From: an uncultured delta proteobacterium
GTDB taxonomy: Bacteria; Desulfobacterota; Binatia; Binatales; Binataceae
Direction: 5' to 3'
DNA: 64,000 nucleotides
Assembly (NCBI GenBank): GCA_963842085.1
Contig: CAWJET010000001.1
Coordinates: 3,180,342-3,244,341 of the forward strand
The position numbers were made by a program, and so were the translations under genes. The number at the start of each line of letters is the position of its first letter. Position 1 is the first letter of the stretch. The notes under the pieces are model-generated. The model was not told the origin of the DNA. It saw only the letters and a list, made by a program, of their open reading frames with translations, and ran no database searches. Shown in pieces: positions 19,317 through 30,010 of this stretch.

Positions 19317-20201
19317 TTACCTCCAGGATGAAGCGGCTTGGCTGGCACGCTCAGGCTGCATTTCAGCCTCGATGGATCCGATGCGGTCTATCTCGACACG
19401 CACCTTGTCGCCTGCCTTGAGCCACTGCGGCGGCTGCATCGCAAGCCCGACGCCACCTGGAGTTCCCGTAAAGATTATGTCGCCGGGTTCCAGCGTCATG
19501 GCGCGGCTCAGGTGCGCGATCTGATCGTACACGTTGAACACGAGGTTCTGGGTATTCGAATTCTGGCGCCGCTCGCCATTGACGAAACATCGGATGCCCA
19601 TCGTGTGGGGATCGCCAATCTCCCCCGCGGTAACAATCCAGGGGCCGATCGGCGCGTGCGTATCGAACGACTTGCCCAGCACCCATTGCGTGGTCTGCAT
19701 CTGCCAGTCGCGCACCGATACGTCGTTGCCGGCGCAATAGCCGAATACAACATCGGCTGCGCTCTCCTTCGGAACGTGCTTGCAGCGCTTGCCGACAATC
19801 ACCACCAGCTCCGCCTCGTAATCAACCTGCGCGGAAGCAATCGGTAGCTCGATGGGATCAAACGGTCCGTTGATCGAGGTCACCGCCTTGGTGAACCAGA
19901 TTTGATGCGGCGGCATCTTTTGACCTGTCTCTCTGATGTGGTCCGCGTAGTTGAGACCGATCGCCATGATCTTGCCGGGTCGCGCTACCGGGGCGAGCAG
20001 CCGCACGTTTGCCAAAGCTGCATCCGGCGCACTGTCTGAAACGATCTTCTCCAGTTGGGGCTTAGCTTGGCTCCACTGTTGGATGAGCTCGATTGCTTTG
20101 TCGGACAGAGAAGGGAATCGGCGGGTTAGATCGATGACGCCGTCGCCTTTAACTGCTCCGAGTTTGACGCCGGTTTCATCCTTGTATCTGGCTATCTTCA
20201 T
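19317..20201 (-). CDS. Fumarylacetoacetate hydrolase family protein
   Basis: IGLNYADH, DYEAEL, NDVSVRD, GKSFDT, TGTPGGVG. Confidence 0.95.
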   Translation of the reverse strand: MKIARYKDETGVKLGAVKGDGVIDLTRRFPSLSDKAIELIQQWSQAKPQLEKIVSDSAPDAALANVRLLAPVARPGKIMAIGLNYADHIRETGQKMPPHQIWFTKAVTSINGPFDPIELPIASAQVDYEAELVVIVGKRCKHVPKESAADVVFGYCAGNDVSVRDWQMQTTQWVLGKSFDTHAPIGPWIVTAGEIGDPHTMGIRCFVNGERRQNSNTQNLVFNVYDQIAHLSRAMTLEPGDIIFTGTPGGVGLAMQPPQWLKAGDKVRVEIDRIGSIEAEMQPERASQAASSWR

Positions 20202-20210
20202 GATAGCTCC

Positions 20211-21137
20211 TTATGATCCCATAGTGCTGGGAGCCATCGACCCCCATTGGGTACCGACCACTTCCTGAATTGAGGAAACGCGCGAGCCCCACGCCGCGTC
20301 GAGCAGATCGCCATCGGTCCAATGCTCCAGCGTGTGTCCCCAAGGGTCACGCCAATAATCGAAGATTTGGCTCCCAAGCAGATGGCGCCCGACGCCCCAT
20401 TCGTGACGGCGTCCCTTCTGTTTGAGCCAGTCATGACCGCACATCAGATCGTCGAAATCCGCTACTTCAAAAGCGGCATGATTGAATCCGGGCTTGCCGG
20501 TTCCCAGCAGAAACATTGTGTGATGGTCGCTCGGGATCGGGCCGCGATCGCATCGCAGGAATGCGCCGAGTGCCTGCTCGGGAGATCCGAGATTGATTTC
20601 GTCGGAAGTAATCAGCCCTAAGCGCGACTTGTACCAGGCTTCCGACTCGCGGAAGTTCTTCACATTAAGCACGCAATGGCCGAGACGCTTCACATGCGAG
20701 GGTCCTTTTGCGAGGCGCTTGAGCGCGTTGAGCCGTGGCGTTGCATAGGCGTCGTTGAGGGGAGCTCGCGCAGGTGGCTCGATTCGCGCAGCCGGTGCAC
20801 GTGCCGCGACTACTTCTATTTGGAAGCCGTTGGGATCCGTTAGCTTTAGTAGAGCACCGCCGCCGGGACCATCCAGACGATCGAGCGACGCATTTTCTTC
20901 TCGCGCGAGCGCTTCGAGGTCTTGCATTGATACGGCTTCGAATCCAGCTGCGACAAATCGCGGCTCGCCCTTGTGCGTCACATGAAGAAATGCATCTCCG
21001 TCGAGGCCGCGCATGTAAAGCGTGTCACCAGTTCGGTCTGCACGGACCATCCCGAACTCGGTTAGAAAAGCTTCCATCTGGTCCAGGTCCGGTGCGCTGA
21101 ATCTTACGTATGCGATATCTTGAATCTTGATTCCCAT
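20211..21137 (-). CDS. VOC/extradiol dioxygenase-like protein
   Basis: RLGHCVL, DHH, HAAFEV, WGVGRHLLGSQIFDYWRDPWG..EH. Confidence 0.88.
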   Translation of the reverse strand: MGIKIQDIAYVRFSAPDLDQMEAFLTEFGMVRADRTGDTLYMRGLDGDAFLHVTHKGEPRFVAAGFEAVSMQDLEALAREENASLDRLDGPGGGALLKLTDPNGFQIEVVAARAPAARIEPPARAPLNDAYATPRLNALKRLAKGPSHVKRLGHCVLNVKNFRESEAWYKSRLGLITSDEINLGSPEQALGAFLRCDRGPIPSDHHTMFLLGTGKPGFNHAAFEVADFDDLMCGHDWLKQKGRRHEWGVGRHLLGSQIFDYWRDPWGHTLEHWTDGDLLDAAWGSRVSSIQEVVGTQWGSMAPSTMGS

Positions 21138-21147
21138 GAAGTACTCC

Positions 21148-21816
21148 TTACTCCCGTGGGAGAATTGCTTCGATCGCGTCACGCATGATGCGCTCCGCCT
21201 CCGCGCGTTTGAGGCCAAGCCCATGAAGCAGAATTGTGCCAAGTCCCTGTACGAATTCGCGTACACGGCCCGCCGGTAGGTCGAGCGCGCGGTTCAATCC
21301 GGCCGTGAAAACGCCCATTACGCACGCGACCACGGCATCCTCGGAGGTCGCGACGATCCGGCCTTGAGTCATGCCTTCCGCGGCATCGCGACGTACGCCG
21401 GAGTTGATGGGCGCCGCCGGATCGGTCGCGCGCGGGAAGAGCCGCATCATCGCGGTAGCCTGCTGCGGTACGCTGATGCCGAGTTGTAGCAGGCTCAGGA
21501 ATGCACGTGCGATTCGCTCCGGAGGATCGATGACTCCCTCGTTCACGCGCGCGATCTCACCTTCAATCCGCGCACGCGACTGCGATGCGAGTTCGCGTTC
21601 GAGGGCTTCCTTGTCGGCGAAGTAGTTGTAGAAGGTTCCATGGGCCACGTCCGCGCGCTCTACGATTTCGTCGACGCCCAGCGCATCCATGCTGCGTGAC
21701 ACGAGCAGCGACCGCGCTGCGTCCAACAGAGCGTCGCGAGTCGCAAGCTTGCGCCTCTCGCGGCGGTTGGACAACGCCGGCGGTTTTGCATGGCGAACTT
21801 GGCCTTCTTCTCTCAT
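21148..21816 (-). CDS. TetR family regulator
   Basis: TRDALLDAA...VDEIVERADVAHGTFYNYF.DKE. Confidence 0.92.
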   Translation of the reverse strand: MREEGQVRHAKPPALSNRRERRKLATRDALLDAARSLLVSRSMDALGVDEIVERADVAHGTFYNYFADKEALERELASQSRARIEGEIARVNEGVIDPPERIARAFLSLLQLGISVPQQATAMMRLFPRATDPAAPINSGVRRDAAEGMTQGRIVATSEDAVVACVMGVFTAGLNRALDLPAGRVREFVQGLGTILLHGLGLKRAEAERIMRDAIEAILPRE

Positions 21817-21958
21817 GTGTCTTCACTGACTATCTTGCTCATAGTTGACATTAACGTCATATTTAGACACGATTGTCAAGAGGGTGGCTCGGAGTAAAGA
21901 TGGTAACTATCGGTCGGTCAGAGGATCGAATTCGATGGGAAGCCGATTGATCATCGTA
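21805..21958. promoter_or_regulatory. TetR promoter/operator region, duplicated at 46346-46497
   Basis: TGAC-ATTAAC-GTCA (21846-21859) and AGAC-ACGATT-GTCA (21865-21878). Confidence 0.7.
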
Positions 21959-22036
21959 CCGGAATGGCGGGAAATCCTTCATGGTCGCACTGAAGTCGTC
22001 CTCTACTTTCGCGACCTTCTTCGAACCCGCAGACCG

Positions 22037-22111
22037 AATAAGAACCCCTTCTACACCAAATCGGGACCGCAAGATAACGACTCTTGAGGTGGATTACCTT
22101 AACTTCCCTAC
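22037..22111 (+). promoter_or_regulatory. Conserved upstream element, copy 1
   Basis: TACACC...CAAGATAACGACTCT...ATTACCTT shared with the copies at 27400 and 44442. Confidence 0.7.
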
Positions 22112-22415
22112 CATGCAAGGAGACAAACAACTGTCGTGCAACCACTTCGCTACGTCGGCTCTGCGTATGAAACTATACCGGGAGCGAAAGACGGTTCGTG
22201 CGTTGCAGGCAGCGCGTGAACTCATGCGCGGAGAGCCGGACTATGAACGGCTTTTCGCGCGAATCTGGCAAACCTCGCTCGCCCAAAGCGAGGTTGTCAG
22301 AGGCGAGACGGCGGCCGTTGCCCTCCCCCCGACGGCCGCCGTCAAAGCCAGAGTTTCGCGCTTGCTTAACCAGGCGCAAGCGCTGAACTTCAGTAGGCCA
22401 AAGAGGAGAAGTGAG

Positions 22416-22601
22416 ATGAGAGCAACTCCGCAAGGAATGGTCCGCGATCCTCGGACCGGCGAAGTGCACATGCCACACAAGGCGCTCTCAATTATACGGA
22501 CCATGGAGAATCTCGACCGCACGCTGATCAAAATAAAATGGCAGGCGGGCGCTGAATCGGTTCTCCTTCCCGACGACATCGATTGGTATGAAGGCAGGTG
22601 A
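22416..22601 (+). CDS. Small hypothetical protein
   Basis: GAGGAG RBS before MRATPQG; the upstream in-frame part resembles the TPR gene tail. Confidence 0.5.
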   Translation: MRATPQGMVRDPRTGEVHMPHKALSIIRTMENLDRTLIKIKWQAGAESVLLPDDIDWYEGR

Positions 22602-22605
22602 GCCA

Positions 22606-23103
22606 ATGGCGAATACTATTCCCCAATTCAAGGTGACAGATCCGGCCGATTACGAGCTCTCATTTCGATCCGACGCCGTTCTGCCCGCGCAGTTCTTTCA
22701 CGAGCGGCAAGGCGGCGGAGCGCTCAAGCCATTCTCGCGCCTTATGCACGCAATTCTGATCGATGCAGTGCGATGCTATCAGATGAATTTCGACGCTCGC
22801 CGCCCGTCGAAGAAGCAGCAATTTTCGGAAGCCCGGGGCTGGCTTTTTCATGACGAGGACAGTGGACCTTTCTCGTTCCGTAAGGTGTGCGACGCGTTGG
22901 AAATCGATCCGGATCATGTCCGCCGTGGTCTCATTAGTTGGAAGGTAAAAGGACTCGCTGGCGAAAAGGTAGCTGCGATCAGGCGTTCGCCAGTCCCTAT
23001 AGCTGGCCGCATTTCCCAACCACGGTCCGGCGAGCCACGCCCCGACCTCGTCCGCCAATCGGGCGAGAAACGCAACGGTCAAGACTCAATTGAACCAGAT
23101 TAG
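22606..23103 (+). CDS. Hypothetical protein (LPAQFF...RLMxAxLxDA...PFSFxxVCxxLxxDP family)
   Basis: Motif shared with the paralog at 45390..45845. Confidence 0.75.
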   Translation: MANTIPQFKVTDPADYELSFRSDAVLPAQFFHERQGGGALKPFSRLMHAILIDAVRCYQMNFDARRPSKKQQFSEARGWLFHDEDSGPFSFRKVCDALEIDPDHVRRGLISWKVKGLAGEKVAAIRRSPVPIAGRISQPRSGEPRPDLVRQSGEKRNGQDSIEPD

Positions 23104-23575
23104 GTTTACAGGGCTAGCGCTCGCCGCGATCGCACTTGCGGGATGCTCCGACCAGACTCTTACGGCGAGCCGCGAACAGCCGCGCTGCGAGCTTATGGTT
23201 TCGGATATCTGCTCAATGGCTATGCAGACGCGGATGCTTGAAGGAGTGGTGAATGCCAGCGATACCTCGAAACCCGACGAAGCACATCTGGAGGCATTCG
23301 TAATCCCGCTGTTACTCGCAAACGGACGCCCCGCCGCGATAGTTGACTGCTACGTAAACACCAATATGCACATGTTTTCGTTAGTTCATTCTGAGCTCTC
23401 AATTCCCGCTCGATCGAAAGACGCGATTGACTATCTTCGCAATCAGCACTTATGTGCCGACCAGGGATCCTATCCGGAGGACAAGCACACTCGCTTCGAG
23501 ACGGCGTCAAGATTTCCATCTTCTAGAGGCCCAGCCGTAGCGGGTGTCTTAGATGAGAGACGTTACTCACAGTGA
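23090..23575 (+). CDS. Putative lipoprotein
   Basis: LAGC lipobox after a hydrophobic stretch. Confidence 0.6.
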   Translation: MNQIRFTGLALAAIALAGCSDQTLTASREQPRCELMVSDICSMAMQTRMLEGVVNASDTSKPDEAHLEAFVIPLLLANGRPAAIVDCYVNTNMHMFSLVHSELSIPARSKDAIDYLRNQHLCADQGSYPEDKHTRFETASRFPSSRGPAVAGVLDERRYSQ

Positions 23576-23627
23576 ACCGACGCGCATACTCGTCCCGTCG
23601 AAACCCGGACCCGGAATGGTAGTTCTT

Positions 23628-24458
23628 ATGTTCAGCAACCGAAACTCCCGATCTCAGCTGGCACTACTTGCCCTGGCTATCTTGCTGCTCCTGCTGCTGC
23701 GGATTGGGGGTAACGCAATCGCGGGCGGAACTGAGGAACAAGTTTGTGATGTCGGCGCGGACTATTCCCTCGCGGTCGAAGACTATGCAGAGACGATTCG
23801 TCGTCACGTCGAAGCCCTGCGAGAGCATCCGGACAACGCGCTCGCCCATTATCATCTGGGATTTGCCCTGGGGATGCTTGGCGAAAGGATGGCGGAGATC
23901 AAAGAATATCAGCGAGCCGCAGCGCTTGGGTTGAGAAATTGGGACTTATTCCTGAACTTGGGGCTGGCTCAGCTCGAGAATGGCGACCTCGACGCAGCGG
24001 CGGACAGTCTGCGAAGGGCGGTTCTCCTCGGTGAAAAACACTCTGAATCACATTTCAACCTCGCGCTCGTAGATCAGCGGCGTGGAATGCTGGCGGATGC
24101 GGAGCAAGAAACACTCGCGTCGCTGCAGTTGAATCCCAGGCAAGCGGACGCGCGCAACCTCCTGGGCGTGATCTACGCCCAGGAGGGAAAGACTGTCCGC
24201 GCGTCGCTGGTGTGGCGTCAGCTCGTGCGCGACGTGCCGGACTATGAGCCAGCGCGCACTAATCTGACAATTCTGGGCAGCCAAAAAGAGGTTGCTCTTG
24301 GCGAGGCGGCGGCCGTTGCCCTCCCCACCCCAGCGGCCCCCGTCAAAGCCCAAAAAAATGAGCACAAAACGACACTCGCGGACATGCAAAATACGCCTGA
24401 GCCCGAGATCCGCGAGACAACCGGAGGTGAAAACCGTGGGCGCATTAGTTCAAATTGA
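23628..24458 (+). CDS. Membrane-anchored TPR protein
   Basis: N-terminal TM; AHYHLG, LFLNLG, SHFNLA and ARNLLG TPR motifs. Confidence 0.85.
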   Translation: MFSNRNSRSQLALLALAILLLLLLRIGGNAIAGGTEEQVCDVGADYSLAVEDYAETIRRHVEALREHPDNALAHYHLGFALGMLGERMAEIKEYQRAAALGLRNWDLFLNLGLAQLENGDLDAAADSLRRAVLLGEKHSESHFNLALVDQRRGMLADAEQETLASLQLNPRQADARNLLGVIYAQEGKTVRASLVWRQLVRDVPDYEPARTNLTILGSQKEVALGEAAAVALPTPAAPVKAQKNEHKTTLADMQNTPEPEIRETTGGENRGRISSN

Positions 24459-24585
24459 GTCCTCGCGCTTCGCATCACTCAAGGCGATCGTAGTGCCGCC
24501 ACGACCTTGGATCGTGCCGGTTAGCCCGGTTCACGTTCGCGAACCACGTGAGTTTCCTGAGGCGTCCATACCTCCAGCGCTTCCT

Positions 24586-24774
24586 ATGACAATCCGCGAC
24601 GAAATGCTGGAATTTTACGCGTTCGTATTCTGTCAGGGCGGCTTTCGCCAAGTGGGTATGACCTTCGAACAATTCCTGCTTGTCGCCGCTGCAATCAAGC
24701 CGGCGGATCTGCCGGCGACCCGAGAGGAAACACGGACTCGGACGTTTGAACTCATCCCACTCGATGCCGCATGA
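24586..24774 (+). CDS. Small hypothetical protein (start uncertain)
   Basis: Protein-like segment MTIRDEMLEFYAFVFCQGGFRQVGMTFEQFLL. Confidence 0.45.
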   Translation: MTIRDEMLEFYAFVFCQGGFRQVGMTFEQFLLVAAAIKPADLPATREETRTRTFELIPLDAA

Positions 24775-24797
24775 GCCGACTATAGGAAATTCCTACG

Positions 24798-25289
24798 ATG
24801 AGCACTGGACTGCACAGCTTCAACAACGGCTCCAGCAGCAGAGGCGGCGTTGCTTGTTCTGAGCGATGCGAGTTGTCCAGGATACAGACAGCCGCACTCT
24901 ACGCGATGCTATATTGGACGGCGATTGCATTGGGTATCTGGGCAGGATTGAAGGTATCGGCCCGGCCTGCGCACAGCATTACATCTGTTGTGCGCCGAAC
25001 CGGACCGCTTTCATGCCGCAGTGTGAGAGAGATCGTCGCTGGGGCTCCTGTGCCGGCCGATTACATACCGATCGGCCTTCTTGAAATCGACGACAGTTGC
25101 TTCGCCATCCTTGCTAAGCAAGCTGGGCCTTTGCCCGGGAAGGACACAGTGTCGGGCGGCGGCTCTGCAGACGTGTTTGATCGCCAAGGGCATCTGGTCC
25201 GGCGCTACATCGCCACCGAGCATACCAACAACTCATGGGAACTCACGGAACTGATAGCACTACCGTCCGCAAGCGCGACCGGACTATAG
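24798..25289 (+). CDS. Hypothetical membrane-anchored protein
   Basis: One TM segment; lies in a co-oriented gene run. Confidence 0.5.
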   Translation: MSTGLHSFNNGSSSRGGVACSERCELSRIQTAALYAMLYWTAIALGIWAGLKVSARPAHSITSVVRRTGPLSCRSVREIVAGAPVPADYIPIGLLEIDDSCFAILAKQAGPLPGKDTVSGGGSADVFDRQGHLVRRYIATEHTNNSWELTELIALPSASATGL

Positions 25290-25302
25290 GAGCTTCCTTA
25301 CT

Positions 25303-25575
25303 ATGAGCACCGAACTTCTCAATTTCAAGAGCGGCTCCAGAGTATGGGTGTGGGATTCGACTTGGTTGCCAGCGATCGTCGTTCACCGTGCCCAGACCGA
25401 TTGCTTGTTGGTCAGGCTCGCGCATGGAGTTACTTTCAGCGTACCCCCTGCCGTTCTCCGGCCGCGCGACCCCGCTTGCCGAGGCGGCGACGTCCCTTCA
25501 GCAGATACGCGTCACTGGATCACAATTGGACACCAACAAAGAGGAGCTAAAGAACATGAACCGCGAAGAGTGTAG
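25303..25575 (+). CDS. Small hypothetical protein (SH3/Tudor-like beta pattern)
   Basis: AGGAG RBS; GSRVWVW..WLPAIVV...LVRL..G. Confidence 0.5.
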   Translation: MSTELLNFKSGSRVWVWDSTWLPAIVVHRAQTDCLLVRLAHGVTFSVPPAVLRPRDPACRGGDVPSADTRHWITIGHQQRGAKEHEPRRV

Positions 25576-25779
25576 AGAAATCCTATCCTTGGCACGCTTT
25601 GACTATCGCTACTTTCGGCGGCATCGTCGTTCGTTGCTGGCAGTGTTCCAAGCTTTGCACCGAATACCGGGAACCATCTCAGAGATCCAACGGCGCAGAG
25701 TCTTAGCGGTCGAAGTAGGAGCGACAAGCGTAGAATCACGACCAAGGCTTTAGTGTCCTGAGTCCTTGAATTCCTTATT

Positions 25780-27318
25780 ATGAGCGCTGATATCCAAACC
25801 GCAAATCTTCCTCCCTTCCCGCTGGATTATCGTGCCTGTGGCGTGCTCGAGCACGTCACTTCCCTGCCCTCGCCATACGGCATCGGGGATTTGGGTCCTG
25901 CCGCCTTTGCGTGGATTGACCGCCTTTGCGAAGCGGGCCAGACGTGGTGGCAAGCACTCCCCGGGGGCCCCACCGGATATGCCAACTCACCATACCAATC
26001 TCTATCTTCCTTCGCCGGCAACTGGCTACTGATAAGCCCGGCCCGCTTGATAGAAGACGGTCTGCTGCATAAGAGCGACTGCGAAGGTCAGTCATTTCCG
26101 GCAACTGTTGTCGACTACGAGGCTGTCATCAGGTTCAAACACCGGCTGCTCGATATCGCCTGGGTCAGTTTCGTTAGTGGTGAACGACGGGACTTGGGAA
26201 CGGCCTACGAGACTTTCTGCCGTGACCAGGCTCGCTGGCTAAGCGACTACGCCTTGTTCCGGGCGCTAAAAGCAAAGTACAACGGCACCTATTACCTTGA
26301 TTGGCCGATTGAGGTGGTCGAGCGCAGACCGTCAGCCCTAGCCCAAGCCCGTCGAGAACTGACGCGCGAGATTGGCAAGATTTGCTTTGCACAATTCCTG
26401 TTGTTCCGGCAAGCGGATCAACTTAAGCGATATGCGCACGCCAAGGGCGTCCGCTTGATTGGAGACTTGCCTTTTTTTGTTTCCCCCGATTCGAGCGACG
26501 TATGGAGCGACCCAGAGCTCTTCATCCTGGATGAGCGGCGCAGACCGAGTTTCGTTGCAGGCGTACCTCCTGACTATTTCAGTGCGGATGGACAGCGCTG
26601 GGGGAACCCGGTTTATGATTGGGAAGCCCTTCGGCGGACCGGCTATCAATGGTGCGTTGACCGCTTGCGCGCCCTGCTCGCGCACGTGGATGTGATCCGC
26701 CTGGATCATTTCCGTGCTTTCGCTGCGGCCTGGCATATCCCGGAGGCTGCATCGACCGCCCAAGCCGGGCATTGGGTGCCGGGCCCGGGCGCGGAGTTCT
26801 TCAGCACGGTGCAAAGAGAACTGGGCGGACTGCCATTTATCGCCGAGGATTTGGGACTGAGCACGCCTGACGTCCGGAGGCTTCGAGATCAATTCCATCT
26901 GCCCGGAACAAAAGTTCTCCAGTTCGCGTTTGACGGCCATTCAGACAATCCGTATCTTCCCGAGAACTACGGTGCCAACACCGTCGCCTACACGGGAACC
27001 CATGACAACGATACGACACGTGGCTGGTTCGAGGCTTTACCGCAGAACCAACGGGAAAAAGTCTGGAATTATCTAAAGCGCAGACCCGGTGAGAGCAGTG
27101 AAATCGCTTGGGAATTGATCCGCCTTGCATGGTCGTCCGTGGCGGCACTCGCGATGGCTCCGCTCCAGGATGTGCTGAACCTCGGGACGGAGGCCCGAAT
27201 GAACTTGCCCGGTCGCGTCGAGGGCAACTGGCGCTGGCGTTGCCCGGAAGACATGCTGCCCGAGCCAGCCCTTCGACGCCTTCGCGAGCTGACAGCGACC
27301 TCCAACCGGGTACGCTAA
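25780..27318 (+). CDS. malQ: 4-alpha-glucanotransferase (GH77)
   Basis: TSLPS.YGIGDLG, SPYQS.SSFAGN, GVPPDYFS..GQRWGNP, RLDHFR, IAEDLG, YTGTHDNDT. Confidence 0.96.
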   Translation: MSADIQTANLPPFPLDYRACGVLEHVTSLPSPYGIGDLGPAAFAWIDRLCEAGQTWWQALPGGPTGYANSPYQSLSSFAGNWLLISPARLIEDGLLHKSDCEGQSFPATVVDYEAVIRFKHRLLDIAWVSFVSGERRDLGTAYETFCRDQARWLSDYALFRALKAKYNGTYYLDWPIEVVERRPSALAQARRELTREIGKICFAQFLLFRQADQLKRYAHAKGVRLIGDLPFFVSPDSSDVWSDPELFILDERRRPSFVAGVPPDYFSADGQRWGNPVYDWEALRRTGYQWCVDRLRALLAHVDVIRLDHFRAFAAAWHIPEAASTAQAGHWVPGPGAEFFSTVQRELGGLPFIAEDLGLSTPDVRRLRDQFHLPGTKVLQFAFDGHSDNPYLPENYGANTVAYTGTHDNDTTRGWFEALPQNQREKVWNYLKRRPGESSEIAWELIRLAWSSVAALAMAPLQDVLNLGTEARMNLPGRVEGNWRWRCPEDMLPEPALRRLRELTATSNRVR

Positions 27319-27399
27319 TTTGGTCAAACTGTCTGATGGAGACGCACTGCTTCGCGCCAACATCGTCTTTTGCCTCGAGTTTCTCGACCCCACATCTCC

Positions 27400-27475
27400 A
27401 ATAGGAACCCTTTTTACACCGAAACAGGACTTCAAGATAACGACTCTGAACCCGAATTACCTTTACCTTTGCTAC
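27400..27475 (+). promoter_or_regulatory. Conserved upstream element, copy 2 (about 70 bp before xfp)
   Basis: AATAGGAACCCTTTTTACACCGAAACAGGACTTCAAGATAACGACTCTGAACCCGAATTACCTTT. Confidence 0.75.
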
Positions 27476-27545
27476 GGAACCACGAGAGAATGTCATTCAA
27501 AGCACTGATAATCAACGGGTCCGTGACCCAAGGAGATTATTAACC

Positions 27546-29990
27546 ATGGCCACGCTCGCGAGAACGTCTGAGACGGTTCGCGCTGATGAAAACATCTCCG
27601 CGTATGGTAAGGCTCGCTCGACGGTTAAGGGAACGCCGCTCAGTCCCGATGAATTACGCAAGATCGACGCATACTGGCGAGCCACCCTGTATTTGAGCCT
27701 GGGGATGCTCTATCTGAAGGAAAATCCCTTGCTGCGCGAACCGCTAAAGCTCGAGCAAACCAAACCGCGCCTGCTGGGCCACTGGGGCTCGGACGCCGGG
27801 CAGAGCTTCACCTACATTCACTTTAACAGGTTGATAAAAAAGTATGACCTCAGTGCGATCTATGTCTCTGGCCCCGGACACGGCGCGCCTGCTGTATTGT
27901 CGAACGCATACCTTGAGGGAACGTACTCCGAAATCTATCCCGAAAAGAGTGAAGATCTTGCCGGTATGCAGCGCTTCTTCAAGCAGTTCAGCTTTCCGGG
28001 CGGTATCGGCAGCCATGCGACTCCCGAAACGCCTGGCAGTATCCACGAGGGCGGAGAACTCGGCTACAGCATCTCGCACGCCTACGGGACGGTCTACGAC
28101 CATCCAGACCTGATCACGCTCGTTATGGTGGGTGACGGCGAGTCCGAGACCGGCCCGCTCGCGACAAGCTGGCATAGCAACAAGTTTCTCAACCCTATAG
28201 TTGATGGCGCGGTGCTGCCGGTCCTACACTTGAACGGCTACAAGATCAACAATCCCACCCTACTGGCTCGAATCAGCCACGAAGAGCTGGAGGCGCTGTT
28301 CGTCGGATACGGATACACGCCTTGCTTCGTCGAGGGCAGCGATCCGCAGAGCATGCACCAGGCGATGGCTGCGACCATGGAGCATTGCGTACTCGAGATT
28401 CGCAAAATCCAGGACGAAGCGAGGCGGACCGGGAAGGCGACCCGGCCGCGATGGCCGATGATCGTCTTGCGCAGCCCCAAGGGGTGGACAGCGCCGCGGC
28501 AGGTCGATGAGCACTACCTGGAGGGATTCTGGCGAGCGCATCAGATCCCGATTACCGACATCGCTACGAATCCAAAACATCTGAAAATCCTTGAAAGCTG
28601 GATGCGTAGTTACAAGCCCGAAGAGCTCTTCGACGACGAAGGTCGGTTGATCGCCGAGTTGAAGGCCTTGGCTCCCAAAGGAAATCGGCGGATGAGTGCA
28701 AACCCGATCGCTAATGGCGGTCTGGTTCGCAAGCCGCTCGATATGCCCGATTTTCGGAATTCGGCAGTTGAGGTCAAAAAGCCGGGCGCGACTTCAGCCG
28801 GGAACGTTCCAACCCTCGGCAATTACCTGCGGGAAGTGATGCGGCGGAACATGGATCGCTTCCGTGTGTTCGGTCCGGATGAAACGCAATCCAACCGACT
28901 CGAGGCAATTTACGAAGTGGCAAAGAAGGTCTGGCTAGGAGAGTACTTCCCCGAAGACGCTGACGGCGGCGAGCTTGCTCCAAACGGACGCGTGATGGAG
29001 ATGCTGAGCGAGCATACCGTCGAAGGATGGCTGGAAGGTTACCTCTTGAGCGGGCGGCACGGCTTACTCAATAGCTACGAGCCGTTCATACATGTAGTCG
29101 ACTCGATGTTTAACCAGCACGCCAAGTGGCTGGAAAAGTGCAACGAACTCCCGTGGCGGGCCAAGGTGTCGTCACTGAACCTGCTGATAACCGCTTTGGT
29201 CTGGCGGCAGGATCACAATGGCTTCACGCATCAAGACCCCGGTTTCCTCGACGTGGTCGCCAACAAGAGTCCCAGTGTCGTCCGCATCTACCTGCCGCCA
29301 GACGCTAACTGTCTGCTATCGGTCGCCGATCACTGCTTGCAGAGCGTCAATTACGTGAACGTCATCGTCGCCGACAAACAAGTGCATCTGCAGTACCTGG
29401 ACATGGAAGCGGCGATCGAGCACTGCACTAAGGGCGTCGGCATCTGGAATTGGGCCAGCAACGATCAGGGCGCGGAGCCCGATGTAGTCATGGCGAGTTG
29501 TGGCGATTGCCCAACAATGGAGTCGTTGGCCGCTACGGCTCTGCTTCGCCAGCACATACCCGACGTGAAGGTGAGATTCGTCAACGTGGTCGATCTGGCT
29601 CGACTGGTTCCCAGCAGCGAACATCCTCATGGTATGACGGATCGTGAGTTCGAGGCTATCTTCACACCGAACAAGCCGGTCATCTTCAACTTTCATTCCT
29701 ATCCATGGTTGATTCACCGCCTTACGTATCGCCGTCCTGGCCAACACAACATTCACGTGCGCGGCTACAAGGAAAAGGGAAACATCAACACGCCGCTGGA
29801 ATTGGCTATCCAGAACCAAACCGATCGCTTCAGCATCGCAATTGACGCAATCGATCGAATGCCGCGTTTCCAGGTCACGGGAGCCGGGGTGCGCGAGGCG
29901 CTGCTCAATCATCAGATAGCAGCCAAGAGCTACGCTCACGAGTTCGGCATCGATCAGCAGGACATCACGAATTGGCAGTGGCCATTCTGA
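27546..29990 (+). CDS. xfp: Xylulose-5-P/fructose-6-P phosphoketolase
   Basis: [27 protein letters not shown] (TPP), [17 protein letters not shown]. Confidence 0.97.
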   Translation: MATLARTSETVRADENISAYGKARSTVKGTPLSPDELRKIDAYWRATLYLSLGMLYLKENPLLREPLKLEQTKPRLLGHWGSDAGQSFTYIHFNRLIKKYDLSAIYVSGPGHGAPAVLSNAYLEGTYSEIYPEKSEDLAGMQRFFKQFSFPGGIGSHATPETPGSIHEGGELGYSISHAYGTVYDHPDLITLVMVGDGESETGPLATSWHSNKFLNPIVDGAVLPVLHLNGYKINNPTLLARISHEELEALFVGYGYTPCFVEGSDPQSMHQAMAATMEHCVLEIRKIQDEARRTGKATRPRWPMIVLRSPKGWTAPRQVDEHYLEGFWRAHQIPITDIATNPKHLKILESWMRSYKPEELFDDEGRLIAELKALAPKGNRRMSANPIANGGLVRKPLDMPDFRNSAVEVKKPGATSAGNVPTLGNYLREVMRRNMDRFRVFGPDETQSNRLEAIYEVAKKVWLGEYFPEDADGGELAPNGRVMEMLSEHTVEGWLEGYLLSGRHGLLNSYEPFIHVVDSMFNQHAKWLEKCNELPWRAKVSSLNLLITALVWRQDHNGFTHQDPGFLDVVANKSPSVVRIYLPPDANCLLSVADHCLQSVNYVNVIVADKQVHLQYLDMEAAIEHCTKGVGIWNWASNDQGAEPDVVMASCGDCPTMESLAATALLRQHIPDVKVRFVNVVDLARLVPSSEHPHGMTDREFEAIFTPNKPVIFNFHSYPWLIHRLTYRRPGQHNIHVRGYKEKGNINTPLELAIQNQTDRFSIAIDAIDRMPRFQVTGAGVREALLNHQIAAKSYAHEFGIDQQDITNWQWPF

Positions 29991-30010
29991 CGATCGAAGG
30001 AACTGTAGTC

